A DNA stretch of 64,000 nucleotides, from positions 24,552,001-24,616,000 of the forward strand of contig OX597830.1 of assembly GCA_951406725.2 (NCBI GenBank), written 5' to 3'. Shown here in pieces: positions 36,240 to 49,038 of the stretch. Within the stretch, counting starts at the first letter, position 1. Each line of letters opens with the position of its first letter. Both the position numbers and the translations under genes were made by a program. The notes under the pieces were generated by a model. The model was given only the letters and a program-made list of their open reading frames with translations, was not told the origin of the DNA and made no database searches. This DNA comes from Octopus vulgaris. Taxonomy: Eukaryota.

Positions 36240-39200
36240 ATTTCATTATTGCTCACCTATTTTCTGTACTGGGATCTCTACATGATCACTTAACATGCTA
36301 GAAATAGCAAATAAATCCATCAAATCTTTCACTATATCAAAAACAGGATACCTGCTGAATTTTAAAGATGAGATGATCACACCTTGAACACCTTTTGATG
36401 AAAGGCCTATTCACTCATGGCTGACCTTGGGTTATATAAATCTTTGGAAGCAGTTCTGAAGGAACTTCAAGTAAATTAATTTAAGGGATCTCTTTGTAAA
36501 ACTTGCAACAAGATAGAATAAGTACCAGGCTTCAAAAATATATAAATACTCGGGTCAGTTCATTTGACTAAAAATTCAAGGCATTGCTCCAGCATGGCCA
36601 CTAATGGCCGAAGCAAGTAAGATAAGACAGTTCTGGAACCTGTCTAGGAAGATGAATAAAAACTGAATTAAACTGATCTATTCAACCCATACCAACATAG
36701 AAAGTGAACATAAAACAAGGATTTTATTAAAAATCTTCCAAAAAATAAGCTGGCTGCAACAAATTCATCTTAAATTTTTGAGGTAGAAAATTAAATATAA
36801 TTGTGGTAAATGGCTGAGAGGAGATAAGTATATTTGAACCAGCTTGTCATGAGTTCAGGTCTACTGCAAGGAATTTTAAGCAGATTAGTTTTTTTTCAAC
36901 ATCACATCTATGACTGTTTTAAGAATAAGTATTTTGTTATCTGTGAATGTTAGTTACCATAGATTAGTTTTCCATCCAAGGGACAGAATTATTTTTTTTC
37001 TGTTACAAAGCCACAGCTAAATACTAGTTCTCTTGGAGACAACTTTCCACTTCAAAACCTAGGAATCCTGTTCATGACAAAAAACAAAAACGGCAGCATT
37101 ACAGACTATTGTCTGTATTAGCAGAATAAGGTGGTGGATAGCAAAAGCATTAAAGCAGAGGAAAAATGACTTTCCATGTTTGTTTCCTCCCAGCTTGAAA
37201 ACTAGGTGAGATGAGGTGTAGAGAAAGAAACACTGGTTATATATGAACTCAAAATGAAAAAGCATTTTGTCCAACATCTTCCTCAATGTTCACTTTGCCT
37301 CAAATTAAAAACCATGATATTGATTTCTTAAGCAGAAGGGATAACATTATGGGGGAGAAGAAGAATTCAGTAAACCAATTCCGGTATCTAACTGGTGCTT
37401 TGCTTTTCATTCTTCTTTGAAAAGGTTTGTCAGTTCATTTAGGCAAACATTATTTCCAAAAGTCATGAGTGCTGTGTTGTTTTTTGATTTTGTTAGCATG
37501 TCCATGAGTGTTTGTGCCTGAGTGTGCATAAGTGCTTCAAAATAGGTGTTTTGAATTCCATTTGTCTATTATGCATGTTCTAACACCAAACAGTTCATGT
37601 AGAACCAGTCAACACAAGCCGACACAGAGCATGTGCATGGTTGCATGCCATGCTAGAAGTAATAGCTTAACTTCCCTCAAATCACACTATTGCCAAAATT
37701 ACAGGCACATTGGACAGATCCTAAATATGCAAAGAGTATAAAAAGGATGAGTTGGTCAAATATAGAATGTCTTTGATAGTAGAGTTACATCATCAGAGCT
37801 GATTTTGGTTGAAGCTTTTTTGTTTCCATATTTCTGTTGAAATACATTCTTTGTCTGTTCTGATAATAAATTAGTAAAATAACTTTTGTCATTATTAAAG
37901 TAGTGTTTGGAAAATAAGTGTAACTTAAAATTTTACTAATGAGTAATATTACTTGATCACTGCTGTAAATCATAGTTGCATTGTAAAATTGAGTGATTCT
38001 TTGGCTTGCAATGCTGTGTTTAGTTTACTTGCATTCTGTTCAGGTATTGAAAAGACTTACCTCTCATCAGTTTCACATCACTGAAATTGATGAAAACCAC
38101 TGCCCCCATCAGACTACATTCAGAGAGATTATAGGAACAGGCAGATGGAGATTGTTGAAAGAGATCACTTAACTGCTTCTGATCTTGTTATATAAGAATA
38201 TCCTGAAATTTGGGAGAGCAGGGAGGATAGTTGATGATAAACCTCAAAAGGGTGAAAGGCAAGGTCGATATCAGTAGAGTTTGAACTCAGAACATGAAAA
38301 CAAATTAATTTCTGCTAAGCATTTTGTCCAGTGTGCTAATGATTCTGCCAGTTCATGTCTTATGTCACATGACAATATGGCCATTCTTTTAACTTGCCAA
38401 TCTATATCCAATTGGAGGCTTCACAACAGGGCTAGTATTTGGTTGCCCTGTATGTTTTCTTGTCTATTGTATTCTTAGAGGCAGAATTTTTTCATTCTGA
38501 GTTTAAATTCCACCAGGGTTGACTTAGCCTTTCATCCTTTCAGGCTCAATAAAATAAGTACCAGTTCAGTACTAGAGTCGGTGTAACCGACTTATACCCT
38601 CCCCTGAAATTGCTGGCCTTGTGCCAAAATTTGAAATTAATATTTTCTGTTATTTGATCATTTGCTAAGACGGGCAGCTGATACAATTGAGCTATTGTTT
38701 TTCTCTTTTTTTTTTTATTTCATTTTATGCCTTTTATTTTCCAACCGTCCACATTCCAATATAAGTTAGTATGTCAGGCAATTACTTATGAAAAAAGCAT
38801 TCCAGCTATGACTATCCATTCTTTTTCTAAATTTTATTTTCAGCTATTGTGTATCTAGGAATATATTTCTAATAAGACTGCAGTTTTCAACTTCAATAAA
38901 GAAAAGAAAGGCTACATACAACAAACAAAATTTAAATTCTGTTCTAATTATATATCTTGTTTACATTGGCTCTTAATTACACATTTACTCATCTTTTGTT
39001 TTAGTTGTGACCTTTTCTCACTTGTTCTTTATTGCTTAATTGCAATTACACCTGTGTTTTAGTTACCTGTATAGTGTAAATTACAGGTATTTATTTATTT
39101 GTTTTTGTTTACATTGGGTGATACTTTTCAGGTATATTATTTATTGTTACTTGTAATGTTTTTGATAATGTCTGAGCAGATCTATCATCAAAGGCATTCC

Positions 39201-39283
39201 AACTGTGACCATCCTGTCTTAGATATAGTATCCAATAGCTACAGCATTCTGTAATTATTTTCACTATGGCAGATAGCAAAAGC

Positions 39284-39435
39284 ATGTGGTAAGTAACTTG
39301 CTTACCAACTACATGGTTCCGGGTTCATTCCCACTCTGTGGCAGCTTGAGCAAGTGTCTTCTACTATAGCCTCGGATCGACCAAAGCCTTGTGAGTGGAT
39401 TTGGTAGACAGAAACTGAAAGAAGCCCATCGTATA

Positions 39436-39480
<45 letters not shown>

Positions 39481-39686
39481 ATGTTTGTGTGTCTGTGCTT
39501 GTCCCACCAACATCGCTTGACAACCGATGCTGGTGTGTTTACGTCCCCGTAACTTAGTGGTTCGGCAAAAGAGACCGATAGAATAAATACTTGACTTCCA
39601 AAGAATAAGTCCTGGGGTCAATTTGCTCAACTAAAGGCGATGCTCCAGCAAGTGACTGAAACAGGTAAAAGAGAATAAAAGAGAAT
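39284..39686 (+). mobile_element. CORE-type SINE, followed by a more diverged copy at 39690-39930
   Basis: Same family as 18236-18604. Confidence 0.85.
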
Positions 39687-40130
39687 ATGGGCACAGATAT
39701 GGCTGTGTTAAGAAGCTTGCTTTACAACCATATGGTTCCAGGTTCAGTTTCACTGTGTGGAACCATGAGCAAGTACCTTCTTATATATAGCCTCGGGTGG
39801 ACCAATGCCTTGTGTGTGAATTTGGTAGATGGAAACTGCATAGAATCCCATTGTGTATATATGTGAATGTGCGTATTTGTCACCACTTGACAACTGGTGT
39901 TGGTTTTTTTTATGTTTACGTAACTGTGGTAACGTGTAAAAGTGCACATGTAGCATCATGTACCTCTGCTGTGCCACATAAAAGCTCCCAGCACTCTGTA
40001 AAGTGGTTGACATCATGAAGGGCATCGAGCCATAGAAACCATGTCAAATCAGACTGGAGTCTGGTACAGCCACCCATCCCCCACCAGTTTGCCAGCTCTG
40101 GTCACACTGTCCAACCCACTGTCCAACCCA

Positions 40131-40743
40131 AAGCACGTGGAATTCTGTTCTTGATTCGACGGTCATTCGGAATGCTCACAGCAGCCATATTCCTACCACT
40201 CTATGTCATGCTGGTGAGACCCATATTGGAGTATGGGATTCAAGCCTCTTCTCCTTATCTCCTCAAAGACATACAGCATCTCGAAAGAGTCCAGAAGCTG
40301 GCTACCCGCATGGTTCATGGTCTCAAAAATTTGTCCTACGAAGAAAGGCTGAGGACGCTCGACCTTTATTCTCTTGAAAACGCCGCCGCCGTAGTGATCT
40401 CATTCTCGCCCACAACATCATAAGCGGGAAGTGTAACCTCTCGAAAGAGCTGTTCTTCACTCCTGCTCCAGAGCGTCGGCTGCGGGGTCATTCCGAAAAG
40501 CTCTACCTGCGACGATTTCATCTCAATCGAAGGAGAGGAGCTTTCTCCGTCCGGGTTGCGGATCCGTGGAACAAGCTGCCAGACGAGATGGTAAAGATGC
40601 CGACGACCGCTTTGTTCAAAGCCTCCCTGGACCTCAAGTAGCCTGAACTCTTTACATGAACACCACCCTGTACTTAACTCCATGTCCCCCTACATGGCCT
40701 TGCTATTTGCTTTTGAGCCAAATTAACTAACTAACTAACTAAC
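40131..40743 (+). mobile_element. 5'-truncated CR1-clade LINE with a (TAAC)n tail
   Basis: LVRPILEYGIQASSPYLLKDIQHLERVQKLATRMV..LSYEERL..LRGHSEKL..FSVRVADPWNKLP, with one frameshift near 40380; inserted inside a (GAT)n-family element. Confidence 0.92.
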
Positions 40744-41100
40744 ATGTCAGTATGGATAACAGACATTAAATGATAACTTAATGGTCTGGCAACAGCGACT
40801 GATAGAATAACTACCAGACTTTAAAATAAATGCTGGGGTTTATTTGTTTAACTAAACCCTTGAAGGTGGTGCCCCAGCATGGTTACTGTCCAATGACTGA
40901 CTCAAGTAAAAAAATTTCCTTTGTTTGAATAGGTTTACTAACATTTATCTAATCCATTAATAGGGAATTTATTTCTTTATTGCCCACATGTCTAGCTCAT
41001 TAAACCATTGAAAGATTGTTTAACTGAATAAAGTAGGGCTGTACATTATGATTTTAACTATGTATGTATAAATTGTATATTTACTTATATAATTGTGCTG

Positions 41101-41594
41101 TGGGCACATAACAAACATCACCCGATCGTGGCCGTGCCAGCCTCGCCTGGCCTCCGTGCCAGTGGCACGTAACAAACACGATCCGAGCGTGGCCGTTCGC
41201 CAGCCTCGTCTGGCATCTGTGTCGGTGGCACATAAAAAACACCATCCGAGCATGGCCGTTCGCCAGCCTCGTCTGGCATCTGTGTCGGTGGCACATAAAA
41301 AACACCATCCGAGCGTGGACATTCGTCAGCCTCGTCTGGAACCTGTGTCGGTGGCACATAAAAAAACACCATCCGAGCGTGGCCGTTTGCCAGCCTCATC
41401 TGGCACCTGTGTCGGTGGCACATAAAAAGCACCCAGTACACTCACGGAGTGGTTGGCGTTAGGAAGGGCATCCAGCTGTAGAAACACTGCCAGATCTGAC
41501 TGGCCTGGTGCAGCCTTCGGGCTTCCCAGACCCCAGTTGAACCGTCCAACCCATGCTAGCATGGAAAGCGGACGTTAAACGATGATGATGATGA
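41101..41594 (+). mobile_element. Young (GAT)n-tailed retroposon with five tandem 63-bp 5' units
   Basis: gtggcac recurs at 41162, 41225, 41288, 41351 and 41415; shared tail gagtggttggcgttaggaagggcatccagc...gacgttaaacgatgatgatg; CpG-rich. Relatives at 4150-4358, 20460-20600, 39925-40128, 51541-51770 and 59438-59754. Confidence 0.88.
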
Positions 41595-41811
41595 ATTGTA
41601 TCATCAACATCATTTTAACATCCACTTTTCCATGCTTGCATCAATCAGATAGAATTCGTTGATGCAGATTTTCTATGGTCAGATGCCCTTTCACTTGCCA
41701 ATACTTACCTGTTTGCAAGCAAGGAAATATTACCTCATGGCCACATATATTTTCCCAGAAGAATGCAAATTACAGACTCTGATTGTAAGATGGTGACATT
41801 TGTAATTATTC

Positions 41812-42240
41812 TTTTCTACTCGAGGCACAAGGCCCAAAATTTTGGGGGAGTGGGGGCCAGTCGATTAGATCGACTCTAGTATGCAACTGGTACTTAATTT
41901 ATTGACCTCACAAGGATGAAAGGCAAAGTTGACCTCGGCAGAATTTGAACTCAGAACATAAAGACAGACGAAACACTGCTAAGCATTTCACCTGGTGTGC
42001 TAACATTTATTTCTTTATTGCCCACAAGGGACTAACCATAGAGGGGACAAACAAGGACAGACAAAGGGATTAAGTCGATTACATCGACCCCAGTGTGTAA
42101 CTGGTACTTATTTAATAGACCCTGAAAGGATGAAAGGTTAAGTCGACCTCAGCAGAATTTGAACTCAGAACGTGGTGACAGACGAAATACTGTTAAGCAT
42201 TTCACCCGGTGTGCTAATGTTTCTGCCAGCTCACCGCCTT
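41812..42240 (-). mobile_element. Two stacked Meta/MESC-like SINEs
   Basis: Two reverse-complement copies joined at about 42008. Confidence 0.8.
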
Positions 42241-43240
42241 AACCTTCATAATTATTACCCTCCAGTGATGTCAAGACAAGGAGATACATACATCTTTTAC
42301 TTGATTTAGTCACTGGATTGCAGCCATGCTAGGGCAGTAGCATTAAGGATTTAGTCAAACAGATCAACCTCAGTGCTTATTTTTTGAAGCCTGGAATTTC
42401 TGTTGATTTCTTTTCTCAAACTTCTTAGTTACAATGACATAAACCAACATCAGTTGTCAAAAGATGGTGGGGACAAATACTGACACACACACACACACAC
42501 TTATTCTATTATTTTAAACATTTTATTATGGTCATGCTGGAGCACTGCTTTGAAGGGCTTTGTCCAAACAAATCTCCCCTCTCCCAGGACTTTCTAAGCC
42601 TAGTACTTAGTGGTTCATCAAAAGAGACCAAAAGAAGTTATGGGGATGTAAACACACCAACACCAGTTGTCAAGTGGTGAAGGATACAGATACAAACACA
42701 CACACACACACACACACACAATGTGCTTCTTCCAGTTTCCGTCTACCAAATCCACTCACAAGGCTTTGGTAAGCCTGAGGCTATAAGTAGAACCACTTGC
42801 CCAAGTATATAGGATAGTTTTCTTCCAGGTTCTCTCTACCAAATCCACTCATATGGCTTTGGTTGGCCCAGGACTATTATAGAAAATACTTAACCAAGGT
42901 GCTGGACAATGGTTGTGAACCCATGACCACATGATTGGGGAGCAAGCCTCTTACCACACAACTATTCCTACAAAGAAACCATGTTTAGCCCTTTAGCATT
43001 CAGATTACTCTGTCAAATGTAATGCTTATTAATTCATATTGTTTTAAATTTATCATTCATTATCTCGTAGCTTTGGGATTTTGATGACTTGATTGTATAT
43101 TTTTAGAATGACATGGTAGGGTATGGTATGGTACGAGGGTCCAGATCTGGCCAGTCTGAGCATAAAACAGGTTGAATATTTGGGTCAGATATGGCCAGTT
43201 TCAAATGCCAAATGGTTAAATAATAAATTCTTTTATTTTT

Positions 43241-43453
43241 TTCTTTTACTAGTTTCAGTCATTTGACTGTGGCCATACTGGAGCACTACCTTTAGTCGAG
43301 CAAATCAACCCCAGGACTTATTCTTTATAAGCTTAGTACTTATTATATTGGTCTCTTTTGCTGAACCGCTAAATTATGAGGATGTAAGCACACTAGCATC
43401 AGTTGTCAAGCGAATTTAGGGGGACAAACACAGTCACACAAACATATACACAC

Positions 43454-43489
<36 letters not shown>

Positions 43490-43644
43490 CGGGTTTCTTT
43501 CAGTTTCCGTCTACCAAATCCACTCACAAGGCTTTGGTCGGCTCAAGGCTATAGCAGAAGACACTTGCCCAAGGTGCCACACAGCAGGACTGAACCTGTA
43601 ACCATGTGGTTCGTAAGCAAGCTACTTAACGCACAGCCACTCCT
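43241..43644 (-). mobile_element. CORE-type SINE; partial copies at 33500-33645, 34930-35225, 42290-42970, 48660-48905, 54335-54560, 55860-56040, 58665-59200 and 61990-62145
   Basis: Reverse complement of the 18236 family. Confidence 0.85.
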
Positions 43645-44019
43645 AAAGAGGAACATGTATTTTATTCAGTTACTTTACTCCATTTAAAGGTAGTTTACAG
43701 CAAGTAATTAACTATAAAGCTGAACATTTAAAAGCCGTAGATTCACCATGGATACTCACTAATTCATAAATATTTCTAATCAGTAGATCTCTGTTTACAT
43801 TGGATAATATGTAATGTTACAGGTGTATTCATGCCTCTGTATTTCTGCTATGTGGGAGACATTTTAGAGGAAAGCAGTGTAGTTATAGGACTGAATAGTA
43901 TTGTACAGGGATTTATGAAAATATACATTGAAGTAGGCTTTCACTGGTGTATGAATGTAGAGATACACCCAAATATCCAATAAGAGATATATAGCATTAA
44001 CACTACGCTATTAAGACAT

Positions 44020-44665
44020 CGAGCTGGCAGAACTGTTAGCATGCTGGGCAAAATGCTTAGCAGCATTTCATTTGACTTTGTTCTGAGTTCAAATTCCACC
44101 AAGGTCAGCTTTGCCTTTCATCCTTTTAGGGTCAATAAAAAGGTACCAATTGAGCACTGGATTCAATGGAATCAACTTACCAACTCCCTGAAATTGCTGG
44201 CATTATACCAAAATTTGAAACCATTGTTGTTGCTTTTATTATGAAGGCAGTGAGCTGGCAGAATCGTTAGCATGTCGGGCGAAATTCTTAGTGGTATTTT
44301 GTCACTCTTTACGTTCTGTGTTCAAATTCCGCCAAGGTCGACTTTGCTTTTCATCCTTTCAGGGTCAATGAATTGAGTACCAGTTGTGTACAGGGGTCGA
44401 TCTAATCTACTGATTCCCTCCCACCAAATTTTAAGCTTTGTGCCTATAGTAGAAAGGATTATTATTATTATTATGAAGGTAGGAAACTAGCAGAATTGTT
44501 AGCGCATCAAGCAAAATACTTAGTAGTATTTTGTCTCTCTTTACGTTTTGAGTTCAAATCTGCTGAGGTCAACTTTGCCTTTCATCCTTTTAGGGTCGAT
44601 AAAATAACAGTTGAGCACTGGAGTTGATGCTTTCAACTTACTCCCTGCTCCAAAATTGCTGGCCT
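44020..44665 (+). mobile_element. Three head-to-tail Meta/MESC-like SINEs
   Basis: Copies start at about 44020, 44245 and 44477. Confidence 0.8.
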
Positions 44666-45068
44666 TGTGTGTGTGTGTGTGTGTGTGTGTTGGTTTGTTT
44701 ATGTCTCCTTGTCTTACATCACTTGATAGTAAACAAGAAGCAGTGCCACTCATTTCAATTCACTTGTGGTAAAATGATCAGCCATGGAGAAATATTACCT
44801 TACTTGAAAACTGAGGGTTCGGGGACAAGAAGGGCCTCCACCAGTGGATAATCTACTTCAGTGAATTCTGTCTAATCCATGTAAGCATGTAAAAGAGCAG
44901 GTTAAAACAATGATGATTTTGATGGACCTTAAGTTTATCACAAGCCTACAGGCTTACTAGGGCTAAATCTTGCCCTGCTTTCCATGATATATAAGCAACT
45001 GAGAGCATAATACTTCTCTAAATGGGACTAACTAAATGGTGTACTAACAATTCTGCCAACTCACCACC

Positions 45069-45099
<31 letters not shown>

Positions 45100-45101
<2 letters not shown>

Positions 45102-45642
45102 CCCTGATGCAGTGGCTCTCGTGGCTTCTGATCTTAACTGATCGGAAGTGTTATGTACATTGTTTTGTCTTGGTATAAAAGATGGGCTACAGCAAAATAT
45201 TCTGCTCAGTAACACAGATTTGCTTGTCAGTTGTTTGACCTTAACCAGTTGAGCATGTCCCTTTGTGGCTGATAATATGTGCATCTCTGATCACGAGCAG
45301 AAGTAGTGGGGGAGCATCATAGCTATGTGTTGAGAGGGATTCTTTGGGGTTTGAATAATTCACCTCTGGAAACATCGGTGTTTCGTTCAACATCCTTAAG
45401 CAACCCTTATTGAGGGACCCTTTGAGCAGGATGGGTTACTCGACCAGAAGAAAATTCTAACTGGGCCTCGCCTGCAAGGTCATGCACTGTTTATCTTGAT
45501 ATGAGATCACCATTTCGCGCACATATGGTTGTGATGCATGTGCCTAGTGTACCCTTATCAGATGGGTAGCCATGATGGGTATACTGGGCTTCATGTATTT
45601 TACCCCAGTGTCACTTTGATGGCATGCACTGCTCTCTCACTC
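45100..45642 (+). mobile_element. Non-LTR 3' UTR inserted in (TAA)n (R4/Dong-like)
   Basis: Bounded on both sides by (TAA)n (45070-45099, 45643-45669). The clade is inferred from target preference only. Confidence 0.55.
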
Positions 45643-45784
45643 AATAATAATAATAATAATAATAATAATGTTTGCATCTTCATCTGTCATTCTGAACAAT
45701 TATCAGAGACATCACATGGGAGAAGATGGGTCACAGAGTCCAGATTTGGCCAATCAGGCCAATGCATGCTCAGGTTTTGCCACA

Positions 45785-45886
45785 GGTGATGTACTGGTAA
45801 TGACAGCACTGGTGATGTACTGGTAATGACAGCACTGGTGATGTACTGGTAATGACAGCACTGGTGATGTGCTGATAATGACAGCA
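45785..45886 (+). repeat. 26-bp minisatellite x4
   Basis: Unit ggtgatgtactggtaatgacagcact. Confidence 0.92.
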
Positions 45887-46689
45887 AGAAGGTGGCTCTG
45901 GACTCACAGCTCATGTCATCTTTGTGCTCCTGTGATCCTATTCTGTTCAAAGGTGGTTGCACCTGTTGGTGCTGCTACATCAGGCAGGGCAATCCTGTGC
46001 TTGCATTTCCCAGGTCGATCAATACATATCATAGGACCCTGTGCATTGATTTGCCTGGTATGGCCTGTAATGTTGCTAAGACAGCACTGGATAGCAATGA
46101 AGATAGGAGAGATGGCTGATAACGGGGATTGACTTGTCAGCATTTTGTGTCCACTTTTCTACAATAGATTATATGTCTGATTTCATACTATAATATATCA
46201 GTCATCCTATAAATAAAAAATACACATGCATATATACGTTGTGTGTATAATAGTCTTAATTAGACTTTAATTTTGTTCCCACTTTACATGCAGAGATCAT
46301 AAAAGAGTAATATTATAGACACTGTTTCTGTGATTAGGCATTATATTGTATAATTATATCAGTGTTTCTGTTTACCTGGGTTGTACAGGTATATAATAAA
46401 TATATTAATATTTATTATTATACAAGCTTATTGCTATTACTATTTACGAAAGTATCCTTCCCTCTTGCTCTCTTACATGCTACACACTCTCTCTGTTTCT
46501 ATTTTCTCTCTAGATGCTATTTTCTCTCTTTTAGTTTCTATCTCTCTCTCTCTTTCTCTCTCATATTCTCTCATTCTCTTCACATACTGTTCTCTCCCTC
46601 TCTCCATGTGCTATTCTCTCCGATCTGCTATTCTCTCTTTCTCTTTCATGCTTCTCTCTCTCTCTCTGTCTTTCTTACATACCAAACTG

Positions 46690-46865
46690 GTTAGTCTTGT
46701 TAAAACTAATATATTTAGAGATTATAGATGCTTATGAAAGTGTTGGAATATGTAAAAGGGAAAAAAAAAAGAAAAAGAAATAGGAAAGAGTGCCGGATTG
46801 TTTAATGTAACTGAAAAGTGAAGTGTGCGGGTGTCCAAATACATAACAAAAGTGATCAGCAAATG
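46690..46865 (+). other. Candidate upstream (5' UTR/first) exon of the myosin gene
   Basis: Non-repetitive stretch after a long CT-rich tract (46470-46680), ending in a consensus donor AAATG|GTAAGT at 46865/46866. The 5' boundary is a guess. Confidence 0.4.
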
Positions 46866-47179
46866 GTAAGTGTGTAATTCTGATTTTAACAAATATTTTT
46901 CTCACTATTCCAATACAAATTAGCTGCTTTTTATACAAACAGTGATGTACCTGTGTGGGGGTCAGGGTTGGCAGTGGGGTTGCAGAGCAATGGAATCTGT
47001 GTGTGTGTGTGTGTGTGTGTATGTGGTCAGTTTAGTTTAGTTTAATCAAGGTGGAGGGCAAGCGGGATACCAAATGTTGACAAATATCTACTAAATAAAT
47101 TGACAAAAAGCTAAAGGTTAATCTCTTGTTTGATATTTATGTTTGTTCTGTTGATGATACGGGAGTTTTGATGTTTAGA

Positions 47180-47872
47180 CAAGTATTTGTACACACATGT
47201 ATTGTATGTATATGTTATGTATATATATGTGTATTTCTGAGTATATTTTGCGCCTGTATCTCTATGTATGATGTATGTATGTATTATGTATGTATGTATT
47301 ATGTATGTATGTATTATGTATGTATGTATTGTGTGTATGTATGTATTGTGTGTATGTATGTATGCATTGTGTGTATATATGTATTGTGTGTGTATGTACT
47401 TATGTGTGTGAATGTACTTATGTGTGTATTATGTGTGTATGTATGTACTTATATGTGTATGTATGTACTTATGTGTGTATGTATGTACTTGTGTATGTAC
47501 ATATGTGTGTATTTACTTGTGTGTATGTATGTGTTATGTATGTATTGTGTGGATTTCTATGTATGTATGCATATCTTGTATATATGTATGCATGTATGTA
47601 TTCCTTATTTCTGTATAAGTATGTATCTTATGCATATGTGTGTATCTCTGTGTTGTATGTGTGTATTTCCATGTATGTATACACATGTACATTTCTGTTA
47701 ATGTTGTGTGCCTGTATCTTGTAACATACACATGCATATATTTCTGTATATCTTGTATACATGTATTTTTGTGTATGTATGCAAGTGTGTATTTCTGCAT
47801 ATATATCCTGTGTGTATCTCTATGTATGTATATATGCATGTGTGTATTTCTACATATGTTATATGTGTGTCT
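47180..47872. repeat. Cryptic (TATG/TG)n simple repeat
   Basis: Low-complexity tract that produces V/C/M/Y-rich spurious ORFs. Confidence 0.92.
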
Positions 47873-48397
47873 ATCTTCCAAATTGCCCCCTTACCCACTG
47901 GGTCACACAATCAGACACCTAATCAATCACAATCTATCTTAGCTGATCTTAAGGTTATCTCTAACACAGGGATCCCCAATCAGTGGGCTGCAGTTCAGTA
48001 CTCACTTGTGGAGTATTTGGTACAAGATCTCACAGAATGAATAAATGGCAAAAGTTTATTTTAATTTTATTGACTATATCAATAAGCAGGTTGTTTATAT
48101 ATTATATATGTATTGTATATGTAATATGGTTGTATGTATGTTTTTAGTTCAAATTCCGCCGAGGTCGTCTTTACCTTTCATCCTTTCAGGATTGATAAAT
48201 TAGGTACCAGTTGCGTACTTCTGTCAATCGCATTGATGTTGCCCATACTGCAAGTGGTGGCCAGATTGAACACTTGTAAGACAGGAAATTAAAGTTGATT
48301 GCGAGTAAATACTTGTGACTTAGCTGAAGTTTTCTTTTGCTTTTCCTTATTGAAATATTGCATAATGAAATTGGTTCATTCTCTTTGAATAACCTGG

Positions 48398-48439
<42 letters not shown>

Positions 48440-48441
<2 letters not shown>

Positions 48442-48658
48442 ACCACGTATGTATCGTTGGCGATTTTTTTTCCCTCCGTCTTCCCTTCTTTGGATCTTTC
48501 CTTTTCCTATGTTTCTGACGAAGAGCTCCGCTCGAAACGTTAAATCCTCCTTCCTTCTTTCTTTCCTTTCCTGAACGTCCAATAACACTATACTTGTTCC
48601 ACGTCCTCGCGTTGTTGTGTTTTCTCTTTGTTTTTTTTATTTTCATGTTTGGATTAAC

Positions 48659-48660
<2 letters not shown>
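48440..48660 (+). mobile_element. Penelope-like terminal module between (TA)n tracts
   Basis: Carries the hammerhead at 48511 and ends ...GGATTAAC-TATATA. Related copies are at 10229-10306(-), 24275-24420(-) and 54570-54763(+), the last two with decayed cores. Confidence 0.65.
48511..48545 (+). ncRNA. Minimal type I hammerhead ribozyme (Penelope-like pLTR)
   Basis: GUUU-CUGACGA-A-GAGC UCC GCUC-GAAA-CG-UU-AAAU; stem III is reduced to the palindrome ACGU, the dimer-dependent form. Confidence 0.75.
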
Positions 48661-48689
<29 letters not shown>

Positions 48690-49038
48690 TTGTCTTTAAG
48701 TCTGTGTTCATCCTCCACCACTGATTGACAACTGGTGTTGGTGTGTTTACATCCCTGTAACTTAGTAATTCAGCAAAAGAGGCAGATAGAATAAATATCA
48801 TGCTGAAAAGAAAAAAGTACTGGGGTTGATTCATTTGACTAAAAATTCTTCGAGGCAGTGCCCCAGCATGGCCGCAGTCTAATGACTGAAACAAGTAAAA
48901 GATTATATATGTAATAATTAACTTATATATTATGCACCTTGTTGTTTTATGTGTACAATCCCCCAGTCTGGAGTGCTAAACAGGATTAGGGACAACTGCA
49001 CAAACACATTTTAACAGTAGTCGGTGGATATTTTATTA

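Noticed and set aside
41101-41435. CRISPR-like appearance of the 63-bp repeats, and overlapping ORFs
   Set aside because: There are no unique spacers or cas genes and the context is eukaryotic; the ORFs arise because the unit length is a multiple of 3.
47126-48040. Long Cys/Val/Tyr/Met-rich ORFs (up to 191 aa)
   Set aside because: Translation of TATG/TG simple repeats; the same applies to 46362-46737 and 54486-54985.
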